From: Felis catus
Lineage: Eukaryota
Assembly (NCBI RefSeq): GCF_018350175.1
Contig: NC_058368.1
Span: 77,130,001-77,194,000, forward strand
Direction of reading: 5' to 3'
DNA: 64,000 bases
Of this stretch, positions 12,056 to 26,340 are shown one piece after another (positions within the stretch are counted from its first letter, which is position 1; every line of letters begins with the position of its first letter). Below the pieces are notes generated by a model that did no database searches, was not told the origin of the DNA, and worked only from the letters and a program-made list of their open reading frames with translations. The translations under genes were made by a program, and so were the position numbers.

Positions 12056-13312
12056 AGTGCTGTGCTCTCCCAGGCACCGCGAACAGTACCGCCTTGAGAG
12101 CTACGCGAACATCGAGTGAGGCTCTCCATGCACAACACGCAGTGAACGTTGGAGAAACGTTGGCTCTGTCACAGGAAGCTGGGCTCCCCTGCTCACTGAT
12201 CTCACTTCCCTAGGCACACAGATGCTCGAATCGTCACTTCCCACTCAGGGCACAAGTGACAGCAGAGCAGGGATCACAGGAGGTGGGGACCACTCAGTGG
12301 GGCCCCAGTCAGATCTGGAGGATGAGGAAAGGCTCCCAAGGGGTGGGGGGTGGGGCTGTTATTCATATCTGCTATTATTTGAGGGGAAAAATATACCCAA
12401 ATAAAGAACTCTTTTCCTGGTTCAAATCTCAGGGATCATTTATTTGCCCCCCAACAGACTCCGTGTGTGTTTCTTCCTCCTTCTCCTTCCATGTCTACCC
12501 CTGCCCTCTCACCTTTTCCAGAATTCTCTCAGGGGGACAGGGTGTACGAAAGACACAATCATGTGTATCTATCCGTCTCCCGTACTGGTGGGTGAGGTCA
12601 CAGCGTGTGATATAAGGAGATGTTTTTAGAAGCATTCGGACTTGTTAATGTCTTATACCAAGAGAACATTTAATCAGTTTCTCCGGTGTGAGCCTGGATG
12701 GGTCTTATCATGATTGCCCCAAAGCAGCCCCAAATGAGCATTGTTCCAAAAGTTCTATGAATCCTGGGTACCTGTGTGTACCCACACCTGAAGAGGTAGT
12801 CTTCGGACTCACTCGTGGTTTTGCAGAATGTAACATACTAGACCGGATACAGACCTTACGGGCTCTTAGAGCCACTGCATGCCCATACAGACTCCCTATT
12901 ACCAGAAAAGTGGTTTTTTTTTTTTTTTCTTTTCTTGTTTTTCTGTTTTCCCTTAAATAATCGCAATGGTACAAAGCTGTCCACAACTCAAAGCAACCAT
13001 TTTGACTGTTGTTCAGCCGAAATCCTAAATGTCCCCACTTACAATGACCTAAAGTCTGCCTGTTATTGTAATTTCCAACATTGTGCTTCGTTCTGTCCTT
13101 CGGGGAGAGAGAGAGAGAGAGAGAAGAAAAGAAAAGCATACATTTTTTTCTGTAGTTCAGACAATTTCATGGTTTCTTTTTGTTTTTTTGGATGAAAGAA
13201 TAATGCCAGCTGTTGAAGGTTTTATTTGTATCCCAAGAAGCAAGTGTGTTAAGTGTGATAACCAAGGGCCCACTTTTATCTTATAAGCTCTTTTGTTTAA
13301 AAACGTTACCTA

Positions 13313-13507
13313 GGGGCGCCTGGGTGGCTCAGTCGGATAATCGGCCGACTTTGGCTCAGGTCATGATCTCGCGGTTCGTGAGTTCAAGCCCCACGTCGGG
13401 CTCTGTGTTGACAGCTGGGAGCCTGGAGCCTGCTTCGGATTCTGTGTCTCCTTCTCTCTCTGCCCCTCCCCCACTTGTGCTCTGTCTATCAAAAATAAAT
13501 AAACTTA
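13313..13507 (+). mobile_element. CAN-SINE (older, host of a nested SINE)
   Basis: Full head and body to AATAAATAAAC; GTTACCTAG flanks the whole composite. Confidence 0.95.
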
Positions 13508-13764
13508 GGGGCGCCTGGGTGGCGCAGTCGGTTAAGCGTCCGACTTCAGCCAGGTCACGATCTCGCGGTCTGGGAGTTCGAGCCCCGCGTCGGGCTCTGG
13601 GCTGATGGCTCGGAGCCTGGAGCCTGTTTCCGATTCTGTGTCTCCCTCTCTCTCTGCCCCTCCCCCGTTCATGCTCTGTCTCTCTCTGTCCCAAAAATAA
13701 AATAAAAAAAAAAAAAAACGTTGAAAAAAAAAAAATTAAAAAAAAAAAAAAATTAAAAAAAAAA
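13508..13764 (+). mobile_element. Young CAN-SINE (SINEC_Fc type) in the tail of the preceding SINE
   Basis: Diagnostic CAGCCAGGTCACGATCTCGCGG and GGGCTGATGGCTC; long A-tail. Confidence 0.97.
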
Positions 13765-14140
13765 GAATGTTGTTACCTAGAAACTTTTGAGTAATCTTGA
13801 GAACGTTAAGCATATGACGTTACAAACTATTTTTAAAAACACAATTACACAAAATAGCTAAGAATTAAACAAAGCATGTGCAGGAGAAATGCATTTTTTT
13901 TTACTGTTGCCTTAAAAATTTCAACTTAATCAACATAAAGATGAAACCCTGGAAAATGAAAAGGGCTTAAATAATAAGATCAAATATAAATAACCTCACT
14001 AATGGAATTCAAAAGGACTCACCCGTCAACATGTTTGTTTTTCAAATGCATTTATAAATATGCAAAAAATGATATATCCATTAGGGATGAAGGTGTCTTA
14101 CTTGCTTTCAAGCTCATTTTATTAAAAAATAGAAGTAACA

Positions 14141-14356
14141 GGGGCGCCTGGGTGGCGCAGTCGGTTAAGCGTCCGACTTCAGCCAGGTCACGATCTCGCG
14201 GTCCGTGAGTTCGAGCCCCGCGTCAGGCTCTGGGCTGATGGCTCGGAGCCTGGAGCCTGTTTCCGATTCTGCGTCTCCCTCTCTCTCTGCCCCTCCCCCG
14301 TTCATGCTCTGTCTCTCTCTGTCCCCAAAATAAATAAAAAAACGTTGAAAAAGAAA
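14141..14356 (+). mobile_element. Young CAN-SINE (SINEC_Fc type)
   Basis: TSD AAAAAATAGAAGTAACA at 14124-14140 and 14357-14373; CpGs retained. Confidence 0.97.
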
Positions 14357-16900
14357 AAAAAATAGAAGTAACAATGGAAAATACATTGTCAAATAGGGCT
14401 TACAATGCTTCATTGTAATTTTTATATTACCTCTTTAACTTAAGCTATACTGTTTAAAACCGTGTGTAAATTTAATAATCTTTTGTAAGAAGATTGTTTT
14501 ATATAAAACATACCTCTGTAAAATGTTTCCATGTTAACAGTTCAAATTAGGAAAGCAAACGGAAAATTGCCATTAAGAGAAAAACCTTTCTCTTAGAACA
14601 GTGAGAGGTTCCTTGAAAACACTGGGTTGGATTTAGGACAAACCTGATTTGACCACCCCTAGCCCGTGTGCACCCACCCGTTCTCCAAAAGTCTGTGGCA
14701 TCATTTTTATATTTGATTCTCGTTACATTGTTTTCAGATTTTCCCATTCATTCAAATAGGGAGCGTGGTGTCATTGTGGATGGTTTATGTGAAGCAGTTT
14801 CAGCTCTAATCCCTGGGGATTTTCATGTAAGTGTTTAATGATATGCTGAAGATATGCTATTGAATTCAAAGAACATGGTTAGTTCTCGGAAATATTAATT
14901 TGATTTGAACAACCCCCCAACCCCAGGTTATGGTTGGTTTCTTACCTTGGGAAAATCCTAAGTGAATTTGATTCACTCAGATTTTGAAAGTTCAGCTTTG
15001 CCAGGCAGAATTTTTGCAAATATGTGCAAACCAGAGCCATACTCTTAAATTTAACCCTTTCGGACATAATCTTATTTATCTGACTTCATATGGCAAATAT
15101 AATAATGTAGACTATGCGATTTCGACAAACTCCAAGCACTTTAAGAGGTCGCTAATCAATTGATCATTTTATCTTGTAAACTTTGGAACCTTAAGTAAAA
15201 TGCCATTTCTTCTTCGTCTTACAAAATACTAGTATCGCAGCACGTGTGGAATACGTGGCTTGGGCTCTCACAGACTTTTGGGTCTTGGGTCAGATTCCTC
15301 CTCTTCTTAAGTATCGGCATCGCTATGCTCCTTTTGTCTTGTGGTTGGAGAAGAAAATGAAGATCTCTGACATCATTTATTCTGGAAACAAGTACCCGAG
15401 TGTGTCTCACAAGACAAATCAAGGATGTTAACTTCTGCCCCGCTGGTTTGAAAATCCAAAATCTTCTTTGCAAATAGAGTCATTCTTTGCGCACAACTGG
15501 ATCAAAAAGTAGCAAGTTTTGTCCAAGTCTTTAGCCTCACACCTCCCCTGGCGTCTCCCAGATTAGCTCTGTTGTGCCGGGATTAAACCCTTAGAACCTG
15601 GGTATTGTTTCTCTTCATTACATTCATCCCCATGTCTCCTGTTGTTCTGGCTTTTCATTAGGGGGGATGAACAGTAGAGGGTTTAGCCCTGATAAGCTTC
15701 TCCAGCTTGGAGTGTCTATTTGAGCTGCAGATTTGACACTTGTTCCCCCTTTCAGTGTAAACATTTCACTTTGAATCCAATAACCTTGTCAATGGAAACC
15801 GTTAACGTGAAGTGCTGAGCAGACCGTGTGAGCAAATACCAGTGAAGTCCCCCCATTAGTTGTACAAAACCTAAAGCCAGAGATGACAGTTTCGCAACTG
15901 AATCAATGGTCCGTTGACCCATTCTGTTGTAAACAAATTGGAAAGGGTATTAGCATATGAGAACCATATCCGTTTTAATATGATGACTTTAAGACGAGGG
16001 AAGTATGTCCCTGGAGCCTGTCGACAGACAGTTATTCATATGACACTCTATTCTTTCATTTTGTACCAAATCTTTTAAACAGGTTGGAATAGTACATGCA
16101 TTTAATATAAAGTTGCTGGCAGCACACAGGATTAAAAGAGACAAAGTAAACCTAACTTCATGCTCTCCGTGGATAGAAATAATTTCATCCTGATCTCCAC
16201 GTATTGTTCCAGTTAAGACAGCTATTCCTGACCCTGCCCCAAAGGAACTTTGACATTGATTAGAAAGGCCAGGAGCAGAGGCCTCTCAACTAAGTCCTGG
16301 GGAAGGACGAGAGTGAGGTTATTTTTCTTAGAAATGACGTGACAAAGAATCGATACCGGGAACGTTCTATGATGTCATGATTTGATTTACTAGCTGACCT
16401 GCCCGCCAACCAATGACTGATAAAGATCCAAGGGAGCCTCGCTGGGCTCATCAGACAAGTCTCGCTCTTCTATTTACATGTGAATTTATTTAATCCTGAC
16501 ATAAGTTTGGAACCTTCCAAAGATCAGACCCCCGTCATGATTAAGTGACAATACTTACAAAGCTGGAGTCTTGAGATCATGGATTATCTATGGTTTTCCA
16601 TTGCTTACTAACCTTGTCCATTCCATTCTTCCACTAACAGGCAGAGAGCCCAGGTGTTTTACTTCACCTCTGAAAATAATTCTCAAATGCAAATCTATAG
16701 TTAGGTGCAAAAAGTAAGGGCTCGGAAGGCTTCCTGGGAAAGAGACAGTTCTTCTTATTTGTATGAACGGGCAATCCAAGAGGAAAGAGATACTCCTATG
16801 TTCTTTTTCCCAATGTACAAAATGAATGTGTCTGTATGTGAATTTTGACTTTGCCACATATTAAATCAGAAAGGACATTCAGTGTTTGAGGTTGGGATGT

Positions 16901-17058
16901 TAGAACCGGCTACGCAATTTGTGGGGCCGAGTGCCTCTTGTTCAAAAATCCCTAAAGAATTCAAGATGGCGACAGCAGAGCCTTAAACCAAGCTCAGGGC
17001 CATTCTAAGAGTGGCGCCTTCGTGACAACCAGATCAAGGGCCCGTGACGCCAGGCCTG
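16901..17058 (-). mobile_element. MER45A-like hAT MITE
   Basis: TTGTTCAAAAAT…AAGAATTCAAGATGGCGACAGCAGAGCCTTAAACCAAG matches the reverse of the recalled MER45A consensus. Confidence 0.8.
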
Positions 17059-18212
17059 GCTGGGACAAAACCGTAAAGTTATTCAGTGGTGTTTGCTTAG
17101 GGAACTGAGGAATGCCTGATTCCTACTTCAAGTCCTCGTGACACCTACTTAGGAGACGCCCAGGGAGTTACAGGCATAAGTAACAATAGGGGAAAAATAA
17201 GACCGGACACACCACCTTGCACTGGAGGGGCTTGTGCATGAAACCTGCATGGCGCTTTGGCAAACAGGATGGGAGTGGGCGGCCTAACTTAAAGCCACAG
17301 TCTCCTCTTCCCAAGTTTGGACTCTTCCCTTTCTCCCCAAGGCTGACTTAATCTAGAGGAAGAGCTGCTGGTGGATGGCAAACCCAAACAACTAAACATG
17401 AGGATAGAGAGGGGAAGCAAGCTGGCCTTTGGCTGGCGGGGGGAGCCTGAGTTCAGCGAGCCATTTGGACCCAAACCAAGCAAGACGTAGCCAAAAAAGA
17501 TACCGCATTTATGAGTGTGATGTTCGGAGGGACAGCAGCCTTGCTCATGATGCAGTTGGTTATGGCGTGTGACCAAGGGGATTCGCTAACAGCTCTGGAA
17601 GGGGTGTGGTGGGGGAGGGGGGAAGGTGAGGGTGGAAGGAAACCATCTGGACTCTCCTGAACACAGTAAGGGAAAAAAATGGAAGGAAAATGTCATTTCT
17701 ATTAAGCATTTTTCCAATCAAAGGCTACTAAACTCTCTTAATGCTATGGAAATAACAGATGGTTTTCTGAAGAAGAGATAAAAATAAAGCCAGAAGGTAA
17801 TGATAATAAAAAAAAAAAAGGGAAACCAAATTCAATCTCCCCTTGCCTCACACGTCAAATGTAAGTGATGCTAACATTTCAGGACAGAGCTACTCTTACT
17901 TGTGGACCATGCGTTTATCATACTGTATCTAAGTTAATAAAAATTGGCACTGTGCTCCCATTGTTAGCAGTATATAGCGTGAGTGCCTTTGATGCCACCA
18001 AATATTTCTTTATACATTTATTTCAAATAGCTGCCCAGGGTTTTCTCATGGTACTTCTTTAAATCCTGTGTCTAAATATTTATGCTGTATATTAACTTGA
18101 TCTCCTATAAACGACGGGGCAGGAAGGTCCTTGTACCTATGCCTTCCCAACGTTTCTGGTTACTTGCATAGATTAGATTCCTAAAAGACAATTGCTGCAT
18201 CAGAGTGTAGGT

Positions 18213-18274
18213 GTTTTTTATTTTATTTCTTTATTTTTAAGTTTATTTTGAGAGAGAGAGTGCACCGGGGAGGA

Positions 18275-18316
<42 letters not shown>

Positions 18317-18444
18317 ATCCCAAGCAGGCTCCGTACTGTCAGCGTAGAGCCGGGCATGGGGTTTGATCTCGTGAACTGTGAGATCATGACCTGAGCCGAA
18401 ACCAAGAGTTGGGTGCTTAACCAGCTGAGCCACCCAGGCGCCCC
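18213..18444 (-). mobile_element. CAN-SINE
   Basis: Reverse head GAGCCACCCAGGCGCCCC, (GA)n, T-rich tail. Confidence 0.95.
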
Positions 18445-18713
18445 AGAGGTACACATAGCGTACCTTTTCCTACATGAGTGAGCAGCATGGCGATTTGGAA
18501 TTCTACCAGCAGGGTCAGAGATTGCTGCCCTGGCCAGTGCAAGGCACGGTCCTTCTTTTTCAATTTTTGCCAGTCTGTCAGGTGAAACTTACTTTTTTAT
18601 TTTAATTGCATTAAAAAAAAAAATCTTGGTGAAGTTGTTTCCTTCTGCAATTCTTAGGCAATTAGCACAAAATATACATTCTTTTTCAATTTTTAAAATT
18701 AACTTTATTATAC

Positions 18714-18926
18714 GGGTGCCTGGGTGGCTCAGTTGGTTAAGTGACTTTGGCTCAGGTCATGATCTCACAGTTTGTGGGTTCGAGCCCCATGTCGGGCTTG
18801 GTGCTGACAGCTCGGAGCCTGGAGCCTACTTCAGATTCTGGGTCTCCCTCTCTCTCAGCCCCTCCCCCATTCACGTGCATGTGCACACGCACACGCTCTC
18901 TCAAAAATAAATAAACATTAAAAAAA
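18714..18926 (+). mobile_element. CAN-SINE
   Basis: 17-bp TSD TAAAATTAACTTTATTA at 18694-18710 and 18927-18943. Confidence 0.95.
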
Positions 18927-19550
18927 TAAAATTAACTTTATTAAAAGGGTGCGTATATTTCAAAGAAAAAATTTAACCCGCTGAGTTTCCGAAACAACTT
19001 AACGAAATGTTTTCATTTCAAGAAGTTCAGTCACATATATCAAATTACAGGTTTTTTAAAGACTACATTGGGGCTTTGATTGCAGAACATATTTCAGAAA
19101 TCATAAGCTATAGAATAAAAGTATGGTAGTAGGCTGAATTGAAATTGGAGTTCATTGTCATGAAAAGCTGGAAGTTGAGCCCAGCATGATCAACGTCAAA
19201 AGTATACATTGAATAACATATTCAAGTAAATTAGGTTAGGAGATAATATTAAAAAGTTGATCACATTAGTAATCCTGAATATTTACAAACATTCAATTAA
19301 CCCTAAATTAAAGATAATGAACTAGTACCAATATGTATCCTACAAATACATGTTTCATGCAAATGCACTGTCACCTCATTATTTACATTGAAGAAAAGAG
19401 AGAGTTAATGGACACCCAGTGGAAATCCTTCCTGACTCTTGGCATTAGTTTTATCCTAATCATGACCTTGAAAAATGAATTCGTTTTCTTTTTCCTCTTG
19501 AAATGGTCTAAATATGAGTTGTTTCAATCAGTCTTTCCATTTTTAGCATC

Positions 19551-19774
19551 TTTTAAAAACTTTTTTTTAAAGTTTATTTATTTTTGAGAGAGAGAGAGAG
19601 AAACCGAGCATGAGCAGGGGAGGGGCACAGAGAGAGGGAGATACAGTATCTGAAGCAACTCCAGGCTCTGAGCTGTCGGCCCAGAGCCCAACACGGGGCT
19701 CAAATCCACGCACCGCGAGCTCATGACCTGAGCCACAGTGGGACGCTTAGCTTACTGAGACAGCTAGGCGCCCC
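19551..19774 (-). mobile_element. CAN-SINE
   Basis: Reverse head and body, T-rich tail. Confidence 0.93.
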
Positions 19775-20711
19775 AATTTTTAACCTTTTTTTGGAAACAC
19801 TGATGCCTTGGAAAATCGATGCATATTCCAACTTAAGCACCTTCCTTTTTGGCACGTGGATGCCGTGTGGAGGTGAAATCAGATGGCAGGGGTGTTGACG
19901 ACCTCCTCTCTGTGTCTCACTCTGAGCGTTGCCAAGATCCCACGTGCAGCACGTGCAACCTTTTGAACAATGTCCATTAATACTTCCTCTTTTCTCTGAG
20001 TGCAAGCTTCTAGAGTCTGGGAGATGTGAGGGCTTCACGATTTTCTGCTCTCATTGTTATGATCTAACATTTCTATCCCCAAAGGCACTGACTAGGGACC
20101 CATGAATCTGAAACAGAAGAGGTAAGGGAGGATGTTCCTAAGTAAGCCATGAGGACAAATATTCATGCATTGTAAGGGTCAACCCCTGGAACACAGGTCA
20201 GCTACCATCACTGTTGATATTTATTGTTGAACTTGTGAACTATTCAACAGCATAGGTCTTATAAAGGGAACTGGCATCCAAACAGGAGGGAATTTTTTTT
20301 TTGATACTCAAATAGGATAAGCAAAATATTTTAAGCAGGATGTCTTGGCAATGCACTTTGTAACAGGCTTCTGTGTGTGTGAGTGCGGCCATAAGAATAT
20401 TTCAAGTATTGTGTTGCACTGGTAGAAATAAGATATGTTGAATGGCTGCAATTAGGACGGAGTGCTTCTCTCCACAGGACACTTGGAGGGGCAGGGAGGA
20501 TGCAGGTGTAAAGGCTCCGCGCAGTTTTGGCTTCCTTGTGATTGCAGAACAATCTGGAATGGAATTGGGGAGGTTTGTGCATAGTACAAAGACAGAAGCC
20601 ATGCCGCTAAGAATTTAGGCTGTGAAGAGGAAACACGTTGAAACGCTGTTCCTAAAAACACCTTGGCCAGAAACTAGCCTGTCATTCTTTCCTCGGTATG
20701 ATATTCAGACT

Positions 20712-20910
20712 GGGGGTGCCTGGGTGGTTCAGTCCGTTGAGTGTCTGACTCTTGATTTCGGCTCATGTCATGATCTCATGGGACAGATGCCCACATCAGG
20801 CTCTGCACTGACAGTGTGGAGCCTGCTTGGGCTTCTCTCTCTTTCTCTCTCTCTCTGCCCCTCCCCAGGTCATGCTGTCTGTTTCTAAAATAAATAAACA
20901 TTAAAAAAAA
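20712..20910 (+). mobile_element. CAN-SINE
   Basis: 16-bp TSD GTATGATATTCAGACT at 20696-20711 and 20911-20926. Confidence 0.95.
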
Positions 20911-21859
20911 GTATGATATTCAGACTAACTTGGAAATGTGTGTGACTATATATTTCTTTCTTTTTCTCCAGCTGACCATTGTCTAATGGAAGAAAATCTT
21001 AAAGGAATCATGGGGAAGACAACATGGTCAATGTCTAATTTTAGGTTGATGACCCCTCATCCTTCTTCAAGCCCTGCACCATTTTCCATTTCTATTTGGA
21101 AATGTTAATGTCTCTGCCTAGCATGTCAAAAAGTTGTGGAAAGAACAGTTCGACCTAATCAGTCTTATTTTGCACAACAAAGAAATCTCAAAGGAGAATG
21201 TTTAATTTATTACCTTTGTGAAAAACGAAGCTCTGAATTATAGATTATAATTATTTTTCTGTGAGTTCTTTCTGAAGATTTTAAAGATCTTTTTGCTTTA
21301 TGCCTCTTTACCCACAAAAATATTTAAAGATAAAATTAAGGTATTTTTATTAAATTACTAAACATAGAACTTCATGGCTTGGTTGTAAAGAGAATGTTAT
21401 AGTAAAGAGTTTTTACAATGATATGCTATGATTTTTGTGTATAGATACACGCATTGCTTTTGAGTTGGAATTAATTATGAGGGACTACAGCCCAGCTTTC
21501 CTAATGCAAGGACGCTACTTTCATAATGAATGGCCCTTGCGTGGTGTGTCTAAAGGTCATTAACAGTTGAAGTCTGCCTTATGTCACTCAGTTGGAGAAG
21601 CCTCCTCTTGCAATAAACAGAACAAGGTGTCCTCGCAGAGGAGACCCCACAGCTTGGTGACCATCAGAGATATACATGTATTCAGTCTCCCAAGTTTGAA
21701 ACTATCTAAGCCAAACAATGAATACATTTCTGCACTACTAAAGGCTAAGGTAAAAGTCAGTTAATTTGAAAAAAAAAAAAAAAAAGGTTCATTATAGGAA
21801 GTGAGCATTAAACTTCTATGACCCACCTTCAAAAATATCCATACCTCTGTTATCTGCAT

Positions 21860-22010
21860 ATTATCTATCTATCGATCGATCTATCTATCTATCATCTATT
21901 ACCTATCATCTGTCGATCTACCTATTATCTATCTATCTATCTATCTACCTATCATCTATCATTTGTCATCTATCTGTTATCTACTTATCAACCTATCTAC
22001 ACACACACAT
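21860..22010. repeat. Degenerate (TCTA)n tetranucleotide repeat ending in (CA)n
   Basis: Directly visible. Confidence 0.9.
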
Positions 22011-22355
22011 GTGTACTGATAGGTACGTAGACATACATATCTACATGTCATTTCTGTATGTGTAGTATATGTAATATGTCTAAATAAATAGGCATATATC
22101 CATATATTACGTACATCAGTGTATAGGAAGAGATCTCTAGGAGGTTGTAATTGTTGCTCTCAAGGATAAAACGACCAATGCATATATCGTTCCGTCTCAA
22201 AAATCTGTCTCATTTGAATGTCTGCCACTCGGGCCAACTTCTCCACAATGCATCCTCCACACAGGAAAAGAGAAAAGATACGAATGGGCACATACAGATA
22301 CGTAGATATGTGGATACAGATATAGATACAGACACAGATATATAGACATATACTT

Positions 22356-22562
22356 CTTTTTTTTTTATGTTTATTTCTTTTGAGGGAAAGAGTGAGAGCT
22401 TGAGCAGGGGAGGGGCAGAGAGAGAGGGAGAGAGAATCCCAGGCAGGCTGTCCACTGTCAGCATGGAGCCCGATGCAGGGCTCAAACTCACGAACTGTGA
22501 GATCATGACCTGAGCCGAAATCAAGAGTCAGATGCTTAACTGACTGAGCCACCCCGGCGCCC
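22356..22562 (-). mobile_element. CAN-SINE
   Basis: Reverse head and body, T tail. Confidence 0.94.
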
Positions 22563-24094
22563 TACTTAGTTTACATTTTTAAAAAATTCTCTAAAATACT
22601 TTTGTTCTCCTCGGTTTTTCTTATGCATCAGGAGGGCTAAAATTCTTTGATCCTAGTCTAACGGACTTATTATTAGAGACATTTTAGAGCACATAACAAT
22701 ATCTGGAAAAACATTACGTAAATTCTTTACTTAACCCAATCCCGACCTTAAGCCCTGCTTCCTCACCAGGTGTGACAGAGTGTAACAGAAAGGCTGGCTC
22801 CAGGGGGGACTCAGCCCCGGGACCACTGAATGACACATCCACCAATTCCAATCTCTCTCTCTTATTAGCCACATGGATTTGGGCACATAACCTAATCCCG
22901 ACACCACAACGTTCCTATCAGTGCAATGTGGGGAAAACATCAGCTACCTCATAAAATTATTGTAAGGATTTTTCTAATACTAGTGGAAAAGTAACAGAGT
23001 GCCTTAAAAAACGTGTTCCATAAATGTTAGTCGTTATCGAGTGGAAGATGAGAAAATATTTATTCATTCTCCTTTCTCTAAATTCAGTATAAAGCTATTC
23101 TACTGAAATTATTGATCTTTAACGTATTCATTAACGACCTAAAATTATATTGTAATTTACTACTGACATCCTAAGGGATAGGTACTTTAGACTATCTTTG
23201 GCTGTGTATTTTCTCACGACACCATAGTCTATTTTTTCACTATAACTTTGCGTTGTCCCTCAACAAGGCAGAAAGTCCTTAAGCGTAGGGCCTTCCTCTT
23301 AATCTGTTCAGTTGCATCTTTGACTGTCACTGATAGATGACAAGGTTAAGGGCTCTGTATCTATGCCTCTATAACTTCCCAGAGAGCCTATCGGGTGCCC
23401 TATGGGCTGTAGACGATATTTACTGACTGAGTTAGATAACAAGGCTATATATTTGAATGGCCCACACCAAGTGGTTTACTATCCCAGCTGTGCAGAGGTC
23501 ATGTTAAATTCAAGAGAAACATATATTTTCGGTGTTTAGAGAAGTGGAGTCACGGCAATGTAAAATGACCCTCCCCAGGAAATCTTTGATTACTTGGACA
23601 ACTCTTGGGAGATATACAACATTTTACAGATTGATTATCCCTATCTTCTATATTTCTGTTGCTTTTACATACAGATCATTAGGCAGAAATAGCCCTTGTT
23701 TCAGACCTATGTAAATCTTTCAATGAACGCGGAGCTAAGGCAGCCTGGTTTAAAATGTTACACTACTATATTTAATGGGATTACCTTCTAGTGTGTGAAG
23801 GGAGAAGTAAATTTTGGGGGGAAATCTAATCAATGATGCTATAAGAATTAATTGCAAAAGACTGGACTCATTTAACTCTTATTCTATAAAAATGGTCAAC
23901 AAAAAAATACGGTTAGTGCTAGCATAGGGTAAATCTGTCAATACTTGTCAGGCAATATGTAATACTGACTTTCAGTGAACTGAAGGGAACTTGCTTGGGT
24001 TTACTTTTGCACAAAACACACAAGTGCGAAATCATTTTACCTAAAGATAATCTAAATTAATATTTTTGCCAGATGGCTTCTGTGTGTTTTTTTT

Positions 24095-25110
24095 TTCCTC
24101 AACATTTATTGTAAAAGTGTTCAGATACAGCAAAGTTGAAGTTGCTTGTAGGTGAACATCCAATTACTCACTGCCTGGATTCTAGCATTAGCATTTAACT
24201 AAAGTTTCTTTATCATCTGCCCATCTATTTTTCCCTTCCTGTATCCAGCAATTGATCATCCTATGTTCTTTTTTTTAAGTTTATCAATTTACTTTGAGAA
24301 AGACAGAGAGTGGGACAGGGGCAGAGAGAGAGGGAGACAGAGAATCTCAAGCAGGCTCCAGTGTCCTATGTGGGGCTCGTACCCGTGAAGCGTGAGATCA
24401 CGACCTGAGCCGAAACCAAGAGTCAGACGCTTAACCGACTGGGCCACCCAGGCGCCCCCATCATATGTTCTTGATGCATTTCCAAGTACATCCAAGTACA
24501 CCCAAGTACCTGCAGATGGTTCCATTGGTCTGAAATACCTAAGCAGCACGTCATGATTTTGAATTTAATACTTGTTTCTATTCTTTGGGTGTAAGGTTTA
24601 CACAAAATGAAATGCACAGTGTTCAAGTGTATGCTCTCTGAATTTTGGCAAATGCTTACAACCCAAAGCCCTGTCAAGATATAGAGCATCACCATCACCC
24701 AGAAGGTTCCTTTGTACTTCTTTCTGGTCAATCCCTACCCATTTTCCCAAAGGCCAGCACCCGTCTTTCCCTCGGCCACAGATGATTCTTTTCCTCCTCT
24801 TGAATTTTACATCCGCGCACACGTTTTCTTCTGTGTAGCACATCTTTGACTCAGCGTAGTGCCTTTGGAACTCATCCACACCCGTACCAACAGTCTACAC
24901 TCTGTTGTTGCTGTGTGTGTGGGCACACAGCAGCGTGTTTGGGGGCCCTACTATGGATGGAGAGCCAGGCTCTTTCCAGTTAGTGGCCTGTCACACATCA
25001 AGCTCTTATGGACATGTGGTACCAATCTTTTTGTGAACTTGAAGGTTTCATTTCTGTTTGGTAAATCCCTAGGGATGGGCTTGCGGGCTCACACTGTAGG
25101 TGAGCATCTA
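24095..25110 (-). mobile_element. Old L1 3' end (L1ME1-like) interrupted by a SINE
   Basis: CAAAGTTGAA…GTGAACATCC…TGATGCATTTCCAAG…AATGAAATGCACAGTGTTCAAGTGTA…CATCACCCAGAAGGTTCC. Confidence 0.75.
24271..24458 (-). mobile_element. CAN-SINE
   Basis: TSD CATC(C/A)TATGTTCTT at 24257-24270 and 24459-24472. Confidence 0.95.
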
Positions 25111-25529
25111 GTTATCGCTTTTTTCTCTTCCCCCTAATTTTCTCAAAACACAACCTATGGGGTGGGTACTACTGCTACCATCATTTTGCAAAGGAAACAA
25201 TCACAAAAATGTTGTGGACGCACAGAGAGGGAAGAAGCCAAAGTGGGACCCCAGGAATTTGGTTCCAAAATTCGTGCTTCTAGCACACGGTAGAGTATTG
25301 CAAAACAAGTCGGGAGCAATGTCCAGGAGGCAGGTCATGAGTGCCTGGTAAACCATTTGAAGGATTTAGGGTCTATCTCACGTGATGAGCCGCCTGAGTT
25401 ATTCATTTCTCTGTTTGCCATTGAAGGTCCGAAAACCAGGAATGACATGTTTGTATCTGTGCCCTGGAAAGATGAACACATTTCCAGGTGTGCAGAGAGG
25501 GGCAGGCAACTCGGAGCTTAATGGCGCTG

Positions 25530-25970
25530 TCATTATGATTTCTTTATTCGGCCAATGAGTACCTACTGTGTGCGAGAAGGTATTCCAGGATCTGGGAATC
25601 CAGCTCTGGACAAAAAGACATCTTTCGGGGAGCTTACATTTCAGTGGATAGAGAAACATAATAAATAAATGAACAAAAACGTAGTCTGCCAGGTAGAAAC
25701 AAACATCTGGAGAGTCATAAAGCAGGGTAAGAGAGAAATGGAGATTTTCGCAGCGTGAGGAGCCGCTAAGCTTTTACCGAGCGATCCAGGAAAGCCTCTA
25801 ATCTGAGAGTTGCAAGAGGGGCCTGGGGGAGGCTGAGGGAGTGAGTTACACAGACGTCTGGAGCAAGAGTCTTCCATTTAGAGGTATAGCAGGTGCAAAG
25901 GTCCTGAGCGGGGAGTGTGCGTGTCGCATCGAAGGCACAGACAAGGAAAAGAGGGGGTAGGAGAGGTTGC
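25530..25970 (-). mobile_element. L2 3' fragment
   Basis: GAGTACCTACTGTGTGC…GGAGCTTACATTTCAGTGG…GTGCAAAGGTCCTGAG. Confidence 0.75.
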
Positions 25971-26340
25971 TCGTGGCCGTGAAAAGACCATGGCAGTTCT
26001 AGACGTGTGTTTTCATGAAAGAACTTCCTGGGAGAAATGACAGCGCCCAGATTTAATAGCTGATTCTGGCTGCTCCCTGGTGAACGTGACCCCGGTATCC
26101 AGAGGCTGTAAAAGGGTAGCAGTTCGGAGAGAAAAGCATGTTGTTTGTTCTCCTTTCGGACTGAAGGTGTTGCGGGGCATCTTCTAAGTACTGTCTCTTC
26201 TGCTGAGCTGATCTGCAGGAAGTTTCCAGTGGGAACCTGTTTCCCTTCATGTTTCATCCGGAGCACAGGCGGCCCATGTCCCACGCTGCCACCCCCCACC
26301 CACCCCCTCGGGCTGTCTTCCTCCTTTGCTGGCACGTCTC

